Shown here: positions 1-9,781 of the stretch, one piece after another
Position numbering within the stretch: position 1 is the first letter of the stretch
Layout: each line of letters begins with the position of its first letter
NCBI GenBank assembly: GCA_041687695.1
Contig: JAWLBL010000018.1
Location: 64,001-128,000, forward strand
Source: Myxococcota bacterium
GTDB taxonomy: Bacteria; Myxococcota_A; UBA9042; PHBI01; JAWLBL01
Length of the DNA stretch: 64,000 bases
Direction: 5' to 3'
Notes under the pieces: generated by a model
What the model was told of the DNA's origin: nothing
Database searches by the model: none
Seen by the model: only the letters and a program-made list of their open reading frames with translations
Program-made: the position numbers and the translations under genes

Positions 1-3000
1 CAACGTGCAGGTCTACTTCGGCGAGAGCCTGGCCCAGGACATCTTCGTCCTGGACGACCGGCGCATCGCCGCGCTGACGCCGCCGCGGGTGCCCGGCCTG
101 GTCGACGTGCGGGTCACCGACCCGGTGGCCGAGACCTCGGCCGTGCTCGACGACGCCTACCTGTACTTCAACCCGGTCATGGTGGCCGCGGTGGACCCGC
201 CCAGCGGGTCGCTGCTGGGCGGCGAGCCCATCACCGTGACCGGCACCGGCTTCGTCCCGGGCACGGTGGTCATCATCGGCACACGCGCGGCGCTGTCGGT
301 CGAGGTGCTCGACGACGGGACGCTGCTGGCGGTGACGCCCGAGGGGACCACCGCGGGCCCGGCGGACGTGCACGTGTCGAACGGCCTGGGCATCGGCACG
401 CTCGAGGAGGGCTACACCTACACGACGGCGCCGGTGGTGACTGGGGTCGCGCCGCCGGTGGGCCTGCTGGCGGGCGGCACCAAGGTCGAGGTGACCGGCG
501 TCGGCTTCAGCGAGCCGCTGGCGGTCAGCTTCGGCGGGCGGCCGCTGGAGGACGTCGAGGTCATCGGGACCGAGCGCATCGTCGGGCGGACGCCGTCGGC
601 GGACGCGGCCGGCACGGTGGACGTGCTGGTCTCGACCACGGTGGGCAGCGCCTTCGCCGAAGACGCCTTCACCTACGTGGGCGACCTGGCGCCCGGCGAG
701 CAGGTCCAGATCCTGGCGGTCACCCCGGCCACGGGCCCGGCGGGCGGCGGCAACCAGGTGACCGTAGTCGCCAAGGGGCTGACCGGAGAAGGCGCGACCA
801 CGGTCACCTTCGGGGGCGCGGCGGCGCAGGTCCTGTCGGTCGACCCGCAGGCGCACGCCGTCGTGGTCGAGGTGCCGCCCGGCGCGGTCGGGCCGGTCGA
901 CGTGACGCTGGCCAACGCCAACGGGCAGGACACGCGGGTCGCGGGCTACCGCTACCAGGCCTTCGTCAAGGTCTACGAGGTGACGCCCTCGTTCGGGCCG
1001 GTCGCGGGCGGCACGGCGGTCACGCTGAAGGGCGTGGGCTTCGAGCCGGGCGCGCAGGTGCGCATCGGGGCGCTGCCGGCGGCCAGCGTGCAGGTCGTCG
1101 ACGACCAGACCATCACGGCGGTGACCGCGGCGGGCAGCCCGGGGCTGGCCAACGTGACGGTCACCCAGGGCGCGCTGCAGGACGTGCTGGTCGGCGGCTA
1201 CGCCTACCAGGGGCCGATGGCGCTGTGGGTCGTGGCGCCCAACCAGGGTGGCCAGGCCGGCGGCACGCTGGTGACGCTGATGGGCTCGGGGTTCCCGACC
1301 GACGCGCAGGTCCTGGTCGGCGGCAAGCCGGCGACGCACGTGCAGGTGCTGTCGTCGTCGCTCATCCGCTGCAAGACCCCGCCGGGCGACATCGGCACCG
1401 TCGAGGTGACCGTGCAGAGCGCGCTCAAGGGCTCGGTGTCGCTGCCGAACGCCTACACCTACTACAACCCCGAGAGCAGCTTCGGCGGCACCTGGGGCAA
1501 GCCGGTCAAGGGCGACGTCAACGTGACGGTGCTCAACGGGGCGGACGGCTCGGCCATCCCCGACGTCTTCGTGATGCTGTGGACCGACCCGACGACCCCG
1601 TACCAGGGCTACACGAACCAGAACGGGCAGATCACCTTCAGCGGCCCGGATCTGATGGGCGAGCAGATGGTGTCGGCCTCGAAGGAGGGCTTCGCCTCGA
1701 ACTCGGTCGTCGAGTACGACGCGACCAACGTCACGCTGTACCTGAACCCGACCGCCATGGGCTCGGGAGGCCCGCCGCCCAGCGTCCCGGCGCCGATCTA
1801 CAAGGGCCAGGTCGTCAACGCGACCAAGTACATCCCGGTGCCCTGGGGTCAGTGCAACGACAAGGGCGCCACCGCGGGCGCGCTGTGCGGCGCCTGCACC
1901 ACCAGCGCCGACTGCGCGGGCGGCCTGACCTGCAACGCCCTGCCCAACCAGGGCAGCTTCTGCACCTCGCACTGCCAGGACTCGGGCGACTGCCCCAGCG
2001 GCTACATGTGCTACCCGCTCAACGGCGTGCCCGAGCAGCAGTGCGTGCCGGCCTCGGGCCGCGTCACGGCCTTCTGCGACTTCACCAAGCCCACCGTCTT
2101 CAGCCAGGACTACGTCCCGCCGCCCGGGCTCGAGGTCCTGCCCGACTTCTCGTTCGAGATGCCCGTCCCCATCGGCGAGTTCGCCGTCTTCTGCTGGGGC
2201 GGCATCTACAACGACGACCTCGCCCAGTTCACGCCCTACGCCCTGGGCCTGCACCGCCACGTGTTCGCGCAGCCCGGCGAGCAGCTCGGCGGCGACATCG
2301 TCTTGAACCACGCGCTCAAGAGCGAGATCACGCTGCGCCTCGACGACCCGCCGCGCGGCCCGAACGGCCCGGACTTCAACTACGCCTTCGTCCACCTGAA
2401 CCTTGGCAGCGACGGCACCCTCGAGTTCCTGCACCAGCCGTTCAGCTTCGGCGTCGACGAGCCGCTGGTCTTCCAGTGGATGCCCAAGGCGCTGACCGGG
2501 GATCTGTACGACGCCAGCTACACCTTCCTGGCCGGCGCCTTCTCGATGACCGAGGACAACCTGCCGTACTCGCTGACGCTGCACCAGGGCATCCGCAAGG
2601 TCGAGGACGACACGATGTACGTCTGGGAGGCCAGCGGCTGGACCCCGCGCGCGACCGGCATCACCAAGAACATCAATGCCTTGTGGGCCACCTCGGCCAC
2701 GCAGATGGTGGGCGTCGGCTCGGACGGCCTCATCGTGCGCTCGCTGGGCAGCGCCTGGGCCGCCCAGCCGTCGGGCACCACCAGCCACCTGCGGGGTGTG
2801 CACGCCCTGCCGGGCGGGGCGGCCATCGCCGTCGGCGACAAGGGCGTCGCGACCCACTTCGGCGGCGAGACCTGGCAGGTCGTCCCGACCGGCGGCACCG
2901 CGAACCTCGAGGGCGTCTGGATGTTCTCGCCCAGCGACGCGGTCGCGGTCGGCTGGTACACGCTGCTGCGCTGGGACGGCGCGACCTGGACCAAGGACCC

Positions 3001-3811
3001 GTCGTTCGTCACCAGCAAGAACCTGCGCGCCGTCTGGGGCAGCTCGCCCGACGACATCTGGGCGGTGGGCTTTTACGGCCAGGCCATCCACTGGGACGGC
3101 GTCGCCTGGAGCAACGTCCCGACCGGCACGACCCAGAACCTGCGCGGCGTGTGGGGCTCGGGGCCGGACGACGTGTTCATCGTCGGCGAGGGCGGCACCA
3201 TCCTGCGTTGGGACGGGACCGCGCTGACCCCGATGGCGGTCGACACGCAGCGCACGCTCGAGGCGGTGTGGGGCTCGGGGCCCGAGGACGTCTACGCGGT
3301 GGGCGCGCGCGGCACCATCCTGCGCTGGGACGGCGTGCAGTGGCACGACGAGAGCCCGAGCGACTACGACGCGACCTTCCTGGCGGTCGGCGGGGCGGGC
3401 GGCGCGGTGGTCGCGACCGGCACGCACGAGCTGCTGCTGGGGCCGATGCTGCGGGTGCCCGAGAACATCAAGCCGGCCGACGGCGGCGTCATGGGCGACA
3501 AGTACGAGCTGTCGTGGACGGTGCAGGACGGGCCGCAGCCGCACTTCAGCTACGTCGAGGTGGCCGTCCCCGGGATGATGGGGCCGGTGCCCGAGTGGAT
3601 CACCATCAACGACTGGAAGGTCACGAACCTGCTGCTGCCCGACTTCCCGAACATCGAGGGCACGCCCGGCATCGCCCCAGGCTTCAAGTACCTGACGATC
3701 CTGCGGGTCTACAAGGAAGGCTTCGACATCGACAACTACAGCTACATGGATCTGTCGACGCTGACGTGGCGGTCGTGGGCCCAGGACGCGACGACGTTCA
3801 CGAAGAAGTAG
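1..3811 (+). CDS. Large surface protein (5' truncated by window): multiple IPT/TIG domains, Cys-rich module, C-terminal beta-propeller repeats
   Basis: ORF is open from the window start. About six IPT/TIG-like repeats (P.sG...GGt.Vtl.G.GF...V.fG), a Cys-rich block (CGACTTSADCAGGLTC...CTSHCQDSGDCPSGYMC) and WGSGPDDVxxVG/LRWDG repeats. Confidence 0.8.
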   Translation, partial: NVQVYFGESLAQDIFVLDDRRIAALTPPRVPGLVDVRVTDPVAETSAVLDDAYLYFNPVMVAAVDPPSGSLLGGEPITVTGTGFVPGTVVIIGTRAALSVEVLDDGTLLAVTPEGTTAGPADVHVSNGLGIGTLEEGYTYTTAPVVTGVAPPVGLLAGGTKVEVTGVGFSEPLAVSFGGRPLEDVEVIGTERIVGRTPSADAAGTVDVLVSTTVGSAFAEDAFTYVGDLAPGEQVQILAVTPATGPAGGGNQVTVVAKGLTGEGATTVTFGGAAAQVLSVDPQAHAVVVEVPPGAVGPVDVTLANANGQDTRVAGYRYQAFVKVYEVTPSFGPVAGGTAVTLKGVGFEPGAQVRIGALPAASVQVVDDQTITAVTAAGSPGLANVTVTQGALQDVLVGGYAYQGPMALWVVAPNQGGQAGGTLVTLMGSGFPTDAQVLVGGKPATHVQVLSSSLIRCKTPPGDIGTVEVTVQSALKGSVSLPNAYTYYNPESSFGGTWGKPVKGDVNVTVLNGADGSAIPDVFVMLWTDPTTPYQGYTNQNGQITFSGPDLMGEQMVSASKEGFASNSVVEYDATNVTLYLNPTAMGSGGPPPSVPAPIYKGQVVNATKYIPVPWGQCNDKGATAGALCGACTTSADCAGGLTCNALPNQGSFCTSHCQDSGDCPSGYMCYPLNGVPEQQCVPASGRVTAFCDFTKPTVFSQDYVPPPGLEVLPDFSFEMPVPIGEFAVFCWGGIYNDDLAQFTPYALGLHRHVFAQPGEQLGGDIVLNHALKSEITLRLDDPPRGPNGPDFNYAFVHLNLGSDGTLEFLHQPFSFGVDEPLVFQWMPKALTGDLYDASYTFLAGAFSMTEDNLPYSLTLHQGIRKVEDDTMYVWEASGWTPRATGITKNINALWATSATQMVGVGSDGLIVRSLGSAWAAQPSGTTSHLRGVHALPGGAAIAVGDKGVATHFGGETWQVVPTGGTANLEGVWMFSPSDAVAVGWYTLLRWDGATWTKDPSFVTSKNLRAVWGSSPDDIWAVGFYGQAIHWDGVAWSNVPTGTTQNLRGVWGSGPDDVFIVGEGGTILRWDGTALTPMAVDTQRTLEAVWGSGPEDVYAVGARGTILRWDGVQWHDESPSDYDATFLAVGGAGGAVVATGTHELLLGPMLRVPENIKPADGGVMGDKYELSWTVQDGPQPHFSYVEVAVPGMMGPVPEWITINDWKVTNLLLPDFPNIEGTPGIAPGFKYLTILRVYKEGFDIDNYSYMDLSTLTWRSWAQDATTFTKK

Positions 3812-3817
3812 GGTCGG

Positions 3818-5776
3818 ATGCTGGGATTCGAGGCGCGGTGGGGCCGCGGGGGCGGGCTGCGGGCCGCCCGTCGGTGGGGTCGGCTGGGCGGGTTCGCGTG
3901 GGCGGGCCTGCTGCTCGCCGGCGCGGCCTGCGGTGACGAGGCCGGGCCGCGGGATGTCGAGGACGTGGCCGAGGTCCAGGACGTCGTGGACGACGGGGTC
4001 GACGACATCGCCGGCGACGCGGCGGACGGCTTCGGCGACACTGGCGGGGACGTCGCGGACGTCGACGCCACGCCGGGCGCGTCGTGGCGGGCCGTGTCGC
4101 TGGGCGATGTGGGCCAGATCGGCGGGATGACCCTGGTGGCGCCCGACCAGGGCTACGCCGTGTCCGGGCCGCGGGTCCTGCGCTGGGACGGGCGCAGCTG
4201 GTCGGCCTGGGGTCAGCCTGGCGAGGCGCGGCTGCGCGGCGTGTGGGCCGGCGACGGCGTGGTGGTCGCGGTGGGCGACGACGGGACGGTGGCGCGGCGG
4301 GCGACGGACGCGCTGGGCTGGACGCTCGAGGCGTCGGGGACGCCCGTGGACCTGCACGCGGTGTGGGGCCAGGGGCCGGAGACGCTGTGGGCCGTCGGCG
4401 ACCAGATGACGGTCCTGGCTCGGGGCGGGGACGGCTGGAGCGTCGAGAAGACGGGCGGCTCCGGGGCCCTGCTGGCGCTGTGGGGCGACCCGCAGGTGGC
4501 CGGGGCGGGCAGCCTGTTGGCGGTCGGCACCGGCGGGCGGCTGGTCCGCTACGAGGGCGGCGAGTGGGTGACCCAGCAGATCGCCGCGAACGCCGTGACG
4601 CTGCACGGGGTGTGGGGCGCGGGCGCGCTGCGGGTGGCGGTCGGCAGCGACGCGACGGTGACCGTGAAGGCCAGCGCCGGCAGCCCATGGCAGGGGCAGA
4701 GCTCGAACGACACCAGCGCGCGGGATCTGTTCGCGGTGACGGGCGCGGCGGCCGACGACGTGGCGGCCTTCGGGGCCTCGGGCGCCATCGTGCGCTTCGA
4801 CGGGGCCAAGTGGAGCGTGGTCGCCGCGGCGGGGCCGAACAGCGCCGGGGCGGAGCTGGTGGCGGGCGGGTTCGCGCGGCAGGGGCTGGGCAGCCCGACC
4901 TGGATGGCGCTGGGGCGCGCGGGCGGCGGGGTGCGCTGGAGCGGCAGCGCCTGGGTGGACGTGGCGACGCGGCCGACCGCGGCCATCACCGGGCTGGCGG
5001 CGGCGCCGGACGGGACGCTGTGGGCGTCGGGCGGCGGCGGGTTGGCGTTCGCGCGGGTCGGCGGGGACTGGACCTCGGTGGAGCTGGGCACGTCGGCGGA
5101 CCTGCACGACGTGGCGGTCGCGGGCGACGGGTCGGTGTGGTGGGTCGGCGACGGCGGGACGGTGCTGCGGCGCGAGGCCGACGGGGCGGTGACGCAGGTG
5201 GCGACCCCGGTGCCGGCGCAGCTGCTGGCGGTGGCGGCGGACGCGCAGCAGGTCGTGGTGGCCGGCAAGGGCGGGACCCTGCTGACCGGGGCGCTGGACG
5301 CGACGGCGCTGACGCCGTGGGCCAGCGGGACGGTGGCGGATCTGCGGGACGCGGCCTTCGACGCCGCGGGGACGCTGTGGCTGAGCGGGGCCTTCGGGAC
5401 ACTGCTGCGCGCGCCCGGTGAGGGGCTGCCGCAGGCGGTGCCCAGCGGGGTCGGTGGCGGGCTGAACGGGCTGGCGGCCTTTGGCGACGGCGTGCTGGCG
5501 GTCGGCGACGGCGGTGTCGTGCTGCGGGCGACCGGCGACGGAGCGACGGTGCTGCACGAGCAGCCGGGGCTGTTCCTGTACGGGGTGGGCGCGGCGGGCG
5601 ACGCGGCGCTGGCGGTCGGCTGGAACGGCGCGATCCTGCGCTGGGACGGGCAGGCGTTCGTGGCCGAGGCGGCGCCGACGCAGGCGGTGCTCGAGGCGGT
5701 GTGGCTGGGGGCGGACGAGACGATCGCGGTGGGTCGCGGCGGGGCGCTCATCGAGCGCGTGGAGGCGGGCCGGTGA
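3818..5776 (+). CDS. Putative lipoprotein with beta-propeller (Ycf48/BNR-like) repeats
   Basis: Lipobox-like LLLAGAAC, acidic D-rich linker, then repeated L.gVW....wAVG.gG.v.r.dG..W units. Starts 7 nt after the upstream stop. Confidence 0.75.
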   Translation: MLGFEARWGRGGGLRAARRWGRLGGFAWAGLLLAGAACGDEAGPRDVEDVAEVQDVVDDGVDDIAGDAADGFGDTGGDVADVDATPGASWRAVSLGDVGQIGGMTLVAPDQGYAVSGPRVLRWDGRSWSAWGQPGEARLRGVWAGDGVVVAVGDDGTVARRATDALGWTLEASGTPVDLHAVWGQGPETLWAVGDQMTVLARGGDGWSVEKTGGSGALLALWGDPQVAGAGSLLAVGTGGRLVRYEGGEWVTQQIAANAVTLHGVWGAGALRVAVGSDATVTVKASAGSPWQGQSSNDTSARDLFAVTGAAADDVAAFGASGAIVRFDGAKWSVVAAAGPNSAGAELVAGGFARQGLGSPTWMALGRAGGGVRWSGSAWVDVATRPTAAITGLAAAPDGTLWASGGGGLAFARVGGDWTSVELGTSADLHDVAVAGDGSVWWVGDGGTVLRREADGAVTQVATPVPAQLLAVAADAQQVVVAGKGGTLLTGALDATALTPWASGTVADLRDAAFDAAGTLWLSGAFGTLLRAPGEGLPQAVPSGVGGGLNGLAAFGDGVLAVGDGGVVLRATGDGATVLHEQPGLFLYGVGAAGDAALAVGWNGAILRWDGQAFVAEAAPTQAVLEAVWLGADETIAVGRGGALIERVEAGR

Positions 5777-5787
5777 GGGGATGGCGG

Positions 5788-8361
5788 ATGAAGGCGTGGG
5801 CGCCCTGGCTGGCGGTGGCGGTGGCGGTGGGGCTCGTGGGCCTCGGCGGGTGCTCGGACGACGCGGCGGGCGGTGGGCCGGCGGACGCGCTGGTCGACGT
5901 GAAGGGTGACGACGGGGTCGAGGACGCCGGCGGCGACGTGGGCGGCGACGTGGGCGGCGGGGAGGTGAGCGAGGACGCGGCGGACGGCGGTGACGTCGCC
6001 GACGTGGGGCCGACGCTGGTGCCGCGGCTGGTGCAGGACAAGACGCAGCTGCCGCAGGAGTTCGTGTTCAAGGGGGTGTGGGCCGGGGCGCCGGGGGCCG
6101 GCGTGGCGGTCGGCAACGAGGGCGTGGTCGCGCGGCGCGAGGCGGACGGGCGCTGGAAGGTGGTCGGGCTGGGGACGGGCGCGGATCTGCTGAACGCGGT
6201 GAGCGGGACCGGGCCGGACGACCTGTGGGCGGTCGGCAAGGACGGCGTCATCCTGCACGGGACCTCGGACGGGTTCGGGCAGAGCGGCGAGAGCTGCGCG
6301 GTCGACGCGGACTGCGCGGGCGGGGACCCGTGCGTGACGGCGCAGTGCGTCCAGGGCGGGTGCGTGTCGAACCCCAGCCTGGCGCCCGGGTGCTGCGGCG
6401 CGCCGGCGGGCGTGTTCGGGTTCGACAGCGGCAAGCTCGAGGGCTGGGTGGTGACCAAGGGGACCACGCCGGTGACGTGGCACGTGGTGAGCCGCGCGGG
6501 GCGGCACACCAGCCCGTCGCACGCGCTGTACTTCGGCGACCCGTCGAAGAACCCGCCGAACTTCACGGGGACGGGCATCGTCAGCGGGGTGGTCGAGTCG
6601 CCGGTCATGAAGCTGCCGGCGGCGGGCAGCGCGGTGCTGACGTTCCAGCTGTTCATGGACACCGAGTCGGGGACCTCTTGGGACAAGCTAGAGGTCTTCG
6701 TCAAGCTGGGCGGGGCGCAGACGCTGGTGTGGGACAAGGCGCAGCTGCCGGGGATGCCGACCGGCGGGTTCGTGCCGGTCGAGCTGGATCTCTCGGCGTG
6801 GATGGGCCAGAGCGTCCAGGTGGTCTTCGCGTTCGACTCGGTCGACAGCGCCGGCAACGGCGGCGAGGGCGTGTACGTGGACGACGTGCGGGTCGACACG
6901 ACCTGCAGCGAGGGGGTCGGCGGGTCGCTGGGGACGCTGTGGGGCGTGCACGCGGTGACGCCCGAGGACGCGTGGGCGGTCGGGCTGCAGGGGACGATGG
7001 CGCGCTGGGACGGGCAGCGGTGGCGGAACGTCGGCGGCGCCGAGGGTGTCGGCAAGAGCTGGCGGGGCATGGCCGGCGGGGCGGACACGCTGGTGCTGGT
7101 GGGCGACGGCGGGGCCATCACGGTGTCCGACGGCGGCGTGCTGAGCGACGTGGCGAGCCCGACGACGGCGACGCTGTACGACGTGCACAGCGCGGACGGG
7201 CAGACGTTCTGGGCCGTCGGGGCCAGCGGGACGGTGCTGAAGGGTCAGGGGACCGAGTGGAGCCTGGTCGAGGCGCCGGCCAAGGTGGATCTGCACGCGG
7301 TGTGGGTGCGCGCGGACGGAGAGGTGTGGGTCGTCGGGGACGGGGCGACGGCGCTGCGCGGGGGGGACGGCGGCTGGGAAGAGGTCGACGTCCCGACGTG
7401 GCGGGATCTGCGGGCCGTGTGGATCTCGGACGTCGGGCTGGTGACCATCACGGGGGCGGACGGCGTGCTGGTGCAGGGGCCGGTGGAGGGGCCGCTGGAT
7501 GCGTCGGTGACGCTGGCGGCCGGCGGCGAGCTGTCGGACGCGTTCGGCTGGGGCGAGACGGTGCTGCTGGTCGGCAACGACTCGAAGGTGTTCCGGTTCG
7601 CCGGGAAGTGGGCGGCCGAGAAGCCGGGGACCAGCCAGCACCTGCGGTCGGTGTGGGGCACGGGGCCGGACGACGTGTGGGCGGTCGGGTGGCTGCTGGG
7701 GACCCTCCTGCACTGGGACGGGCAGGCGTGGACCAAGCACGAGGCGCCGACCAGCGACCCGCTGGAGGTGGTCTGGGGGCGGTCGAAGACCGAGGCCTAC
7801 GCCGCGGGGGCCAACGGGACGCTGCTGGCGTGGGACGGAGAGGTCTGGCGGGTGACGTCGGCGAAGACGGACCAGAACCTGCGGGCGGTGTTCGGGCGGG
7901 CCTCGGACGACGTGTGGGCCGTGGGCGCGGGCGGCACCATCATGCACTACGGCGGGCTCGGCTGGGCGCCGTCGCCCATCGCGCCCATCATGACCGCGGA
8001 CGGCAAGGAGCAGGAGATCACCAGCGCCCTGCACGCGGTCTGGGCGGCGGCCGAGGACGACGCCTGGGCGGTGGGCGCGGACGGGCAGGTGCTGCGCTGG
8101 GACGGCGTCGTCTGGACGTCGGTCGACCCCGGGTTCGGGGTGACGCTGCGCGGGGTCTACGGGCTGTCGGCCGACGAGGTGTGGGCGGTCGGCAACGAGG
8201 GCCACGTCATCCGCTGGGACGGCGAGACCTGGACGCCGGTGCCGACGGGGTCGGTCGCGACGCTGTACGCCGTCCACGGCGACGGCGACGGACACCTGCT
8301 GATCGTCGGCGACCTCGGGACGGTGCTGCGCCTCGAGTGGGTGGCGGCCGAGTCCGAGTGA
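5788..8361 (+). CDS. Putative lipoprotein: beta-propeller repeats with inserted Cys-rich and beta-sandwich (MAM/InhA-like) domains
   Basis: ATG at 5788 (MKAWAPWL...GLGGC lipobox), many VWGxGPDDVWAVG repeats, and an insert CAVDADC...CC followed by W...LYFGDP...GEGVYVDDV. Confidence 0.75.
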   Translation: MKAWAPWLAVAVAVGLVGLGGCSDDAAGGGPADALVDVKGDDGVEDAGGDVGGDVGGGEVSEDAADGGDVADVGPTLVPRLVQDKTQLPQEFVFKGVWAGAPGAGVAVGNEGVVARREADGRWKVVGLGTGADLLNAVSGTGPDDLWAVGKDGVILHGTSDGFGQSGESCAVDADCAGGDPCVTAQCVQGGCVSNPSLAPGCCGAPAGVFGFDSGKLEGWVVTKGTTPVTWHVVSRAGRHTSPSHALYFGDPSKNPPNFTGTGIVSGVVESPVMKLPAAGSAVLTFQLFMDTESGTSWDKLEVFVKLGGAQTLVWDKAQLPGMPTGGFVPVELDLSAWMGQSVQVVFAFDSVDSAGNGGEGVYVDDVRVDTTCSEGVGGSLGTLWGVHAVTPEDAWAVGLQGTMARWDGQRWRNVGGAEGVGKSWRGMAGGADTLVLVGDGGAITVSDGGVLSDVASPTTATLYDVHSADGQTFWAVGASGTVLKGQGTEWSLVEAPAKVDLHAVWVRADGEVWVVGDGATALRGGDGGWEEVDVPTWRDLRAVWISDVGLVTITGADGVLVQGPVEGPLDASVTLAAGGELSDAFGWGETVLLVGNDSKVFRFAGKWAAEKPGTSQHLRSVWGTGPDDVWAVGWLLGTLLHWDGQAWTKHEAPTSDPLEVVWGRSKTEAYAAGANGTLLAWDGEVWRVTSAKTDQNLRAVFGRASDDVWAVGAGGTIMHYGGLGWAPSPIAPIMTADGKEQEITSALHAVWAAAEDDAWAVGADGQVLRWDGVVWTSVDPGFGVTLRGVYGLSADEVWAVGNEGHVIRWDGETWTPVPTGSVATLYAVHGDGDGHLLIVGDLGTVLRLEWVAAESE

Positions 8362-8512
8362 CCCGCCCGCTGGGCCGCTCGCGTCCGGGTCGGCCGGCGA
8401 GAGCGGCCTCGGGTCGATAGGCTCGGGCCCCCGGTTGCGGGCGGTTCTCGAGGGCCGCCGATGCAGCCGCCGGTTCGAACGGGGGCTACCGGCCTCGGAC
8501 CGGAGCGCCGCG

Positions 8513-8690
8513 ACGGACCTCAGCCGCCTCGCCTTCCCTCACACCGACGAGCACCTCGCCATCCACGCCTCGGCCCGGGAGTTCGCGCACGACGTGGTGC
8601 GCCCCGGGGCCGCCGAGCGGGACCGCACGGGCCCTACCCGCTCCAGCACCTGCCAGCCCTTGCGGAGCTGGGGTTGCTCGCCTCCGAGAC
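8513..8690 (+). pseudogene. Remnant of an acyl-CoA dehydrogenase N-terminus (start codon lost, frameshifted, truncated)
   Basis: TDEHLAIHASAREFAHDVVRPGAAERDRTG in one frame continues as PYPLQHLPALAELGLL in another frame near 8632. GGAG lies upstream of an ACG at 8513. Confidence 0.65.
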
Positions 8691-8755
8691 CCTGGGCCGC
8701 AGCGTCCTCGACGCTGCTCTAGCCGGCGGGCTCCTCGGGCTGCGCGCCCTCGTGG

Positions 8756-9649
8756 TCAGGCTTTGGACGCCAGCGCGTCGGCGAGCAGGTCGAAGACCAC
8801 GCGCACACGGCGGCTGGTGCGCACCTCGCGGTGGGTGGTCAGCCACATCGGGACCGGGAACGGCGGTAGGTCGGGGAGCGCACGGCGGACGGCCGGCTCA
8901 GCGTCGCCGATCGCCTCCATCATCACGCCGATGCCGGCGCCGGCCTTGACCAACGCCCACTGGACGAGGTGGTGGCCGCTCACGATGGGGAAGCTGCGCG
9001 GGTTCACGCGTAGGCCCAGCGCGTTGAGACCGTTCATGAGCACGTCCTCGTCGTCGAAGCCGAGGAAGTCGCCGCGTGAGAGCGCCTCGGGCGTCATGGG
9101 GTCGCCCAGGCGTTCGAGGTAGGTCGGCGCGGCGTAGAGCCGCGCGTAGTCGTCGCGGATCTTGCGCGCGACGAGCTCGGGGTCGCTGGGCCGGACATTG
9201 CGGACGGCGATGTCGGCCTCGCGTCGGCGCAGGTCGCTGGTCAGGTTCGAGGCGACCAGCTCGATCTCGATGCCCGGGTGGCGCTCGCGGATCCGGACGA
9301 TGATGGGCGGCAACAGGAAGGCCGAGACGACCTCGCTGGCGGTGATGGAGACCCGCCCCTCGAGCGAGAGCGCCTGCCCGGCGGCGACCCGCGACACCCG
9401 ACCGGCCGCCTCCCCCATCGCGCGCACGTGCTCGACGAGCTCGAGCCCCGTCGCGGTGAGCGCGATGCCGCGACCGACGCGCTCGACCAACGCGACGCCG
9501 AGCTCCTCCTCGAGCGCGGCGATCTGGCGCCCTACCGAGGGCTGGGACGTCCCCAGCGCCCGCGCCGCGGCCGAGAACGAGCCCTCCTCGGCGGTCACCA
9601 GCAGCGCCCGCGCTCGGTTCCAGTCGAAGCCGACGTGCCGCCAATCCAT
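8756..9649 (-). CDS. LysR-family transcriptional regulator
   Basis: HTH motif EEGSFSAAARALGTSQPSVGRQIAALEEELG and substrate-binding domain (DLRRREADIAVR). Divergent from an oxidoreductase. Confidence 0.95.
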   Translation of the reverse strand: MDWRHVGFDWNRARALLVTAEEGSFSAAARALGTSQPSVGRQIAALEEELGVALVERVGRGIALTATGLELVEHVRAMGEAAGRVSRVAAGQALSLEGRVSITASEVVSAFLLPPIIVRIRERHPGIEIELVASNLTSDLRRREADIAVRNVRPSDPELVARKIRDDYARLYAAPTYLERLGDPMTPEALSRGDFLGFDDEDVLMNGLNALGLRVNPRSFPIVSGHHLVQWALVKAGAGIGVMMEAIGDAEPAVRRALPDLPPFPVPMWLTTHREVRTSRRVRVVFDLLADALASKA

Positions 9650-9781
9650 GCGAGAATGCATATCACACAGGCCCATTTGGGCAATGTTGAAAACACGCAC
9701 GCATGCCTAAGCTGTCCTCATCGAGCGGTCACGAGCTGACGCGCTCGAACTCGCCCCCCATTGCAGGCAGGAGAGACAACG

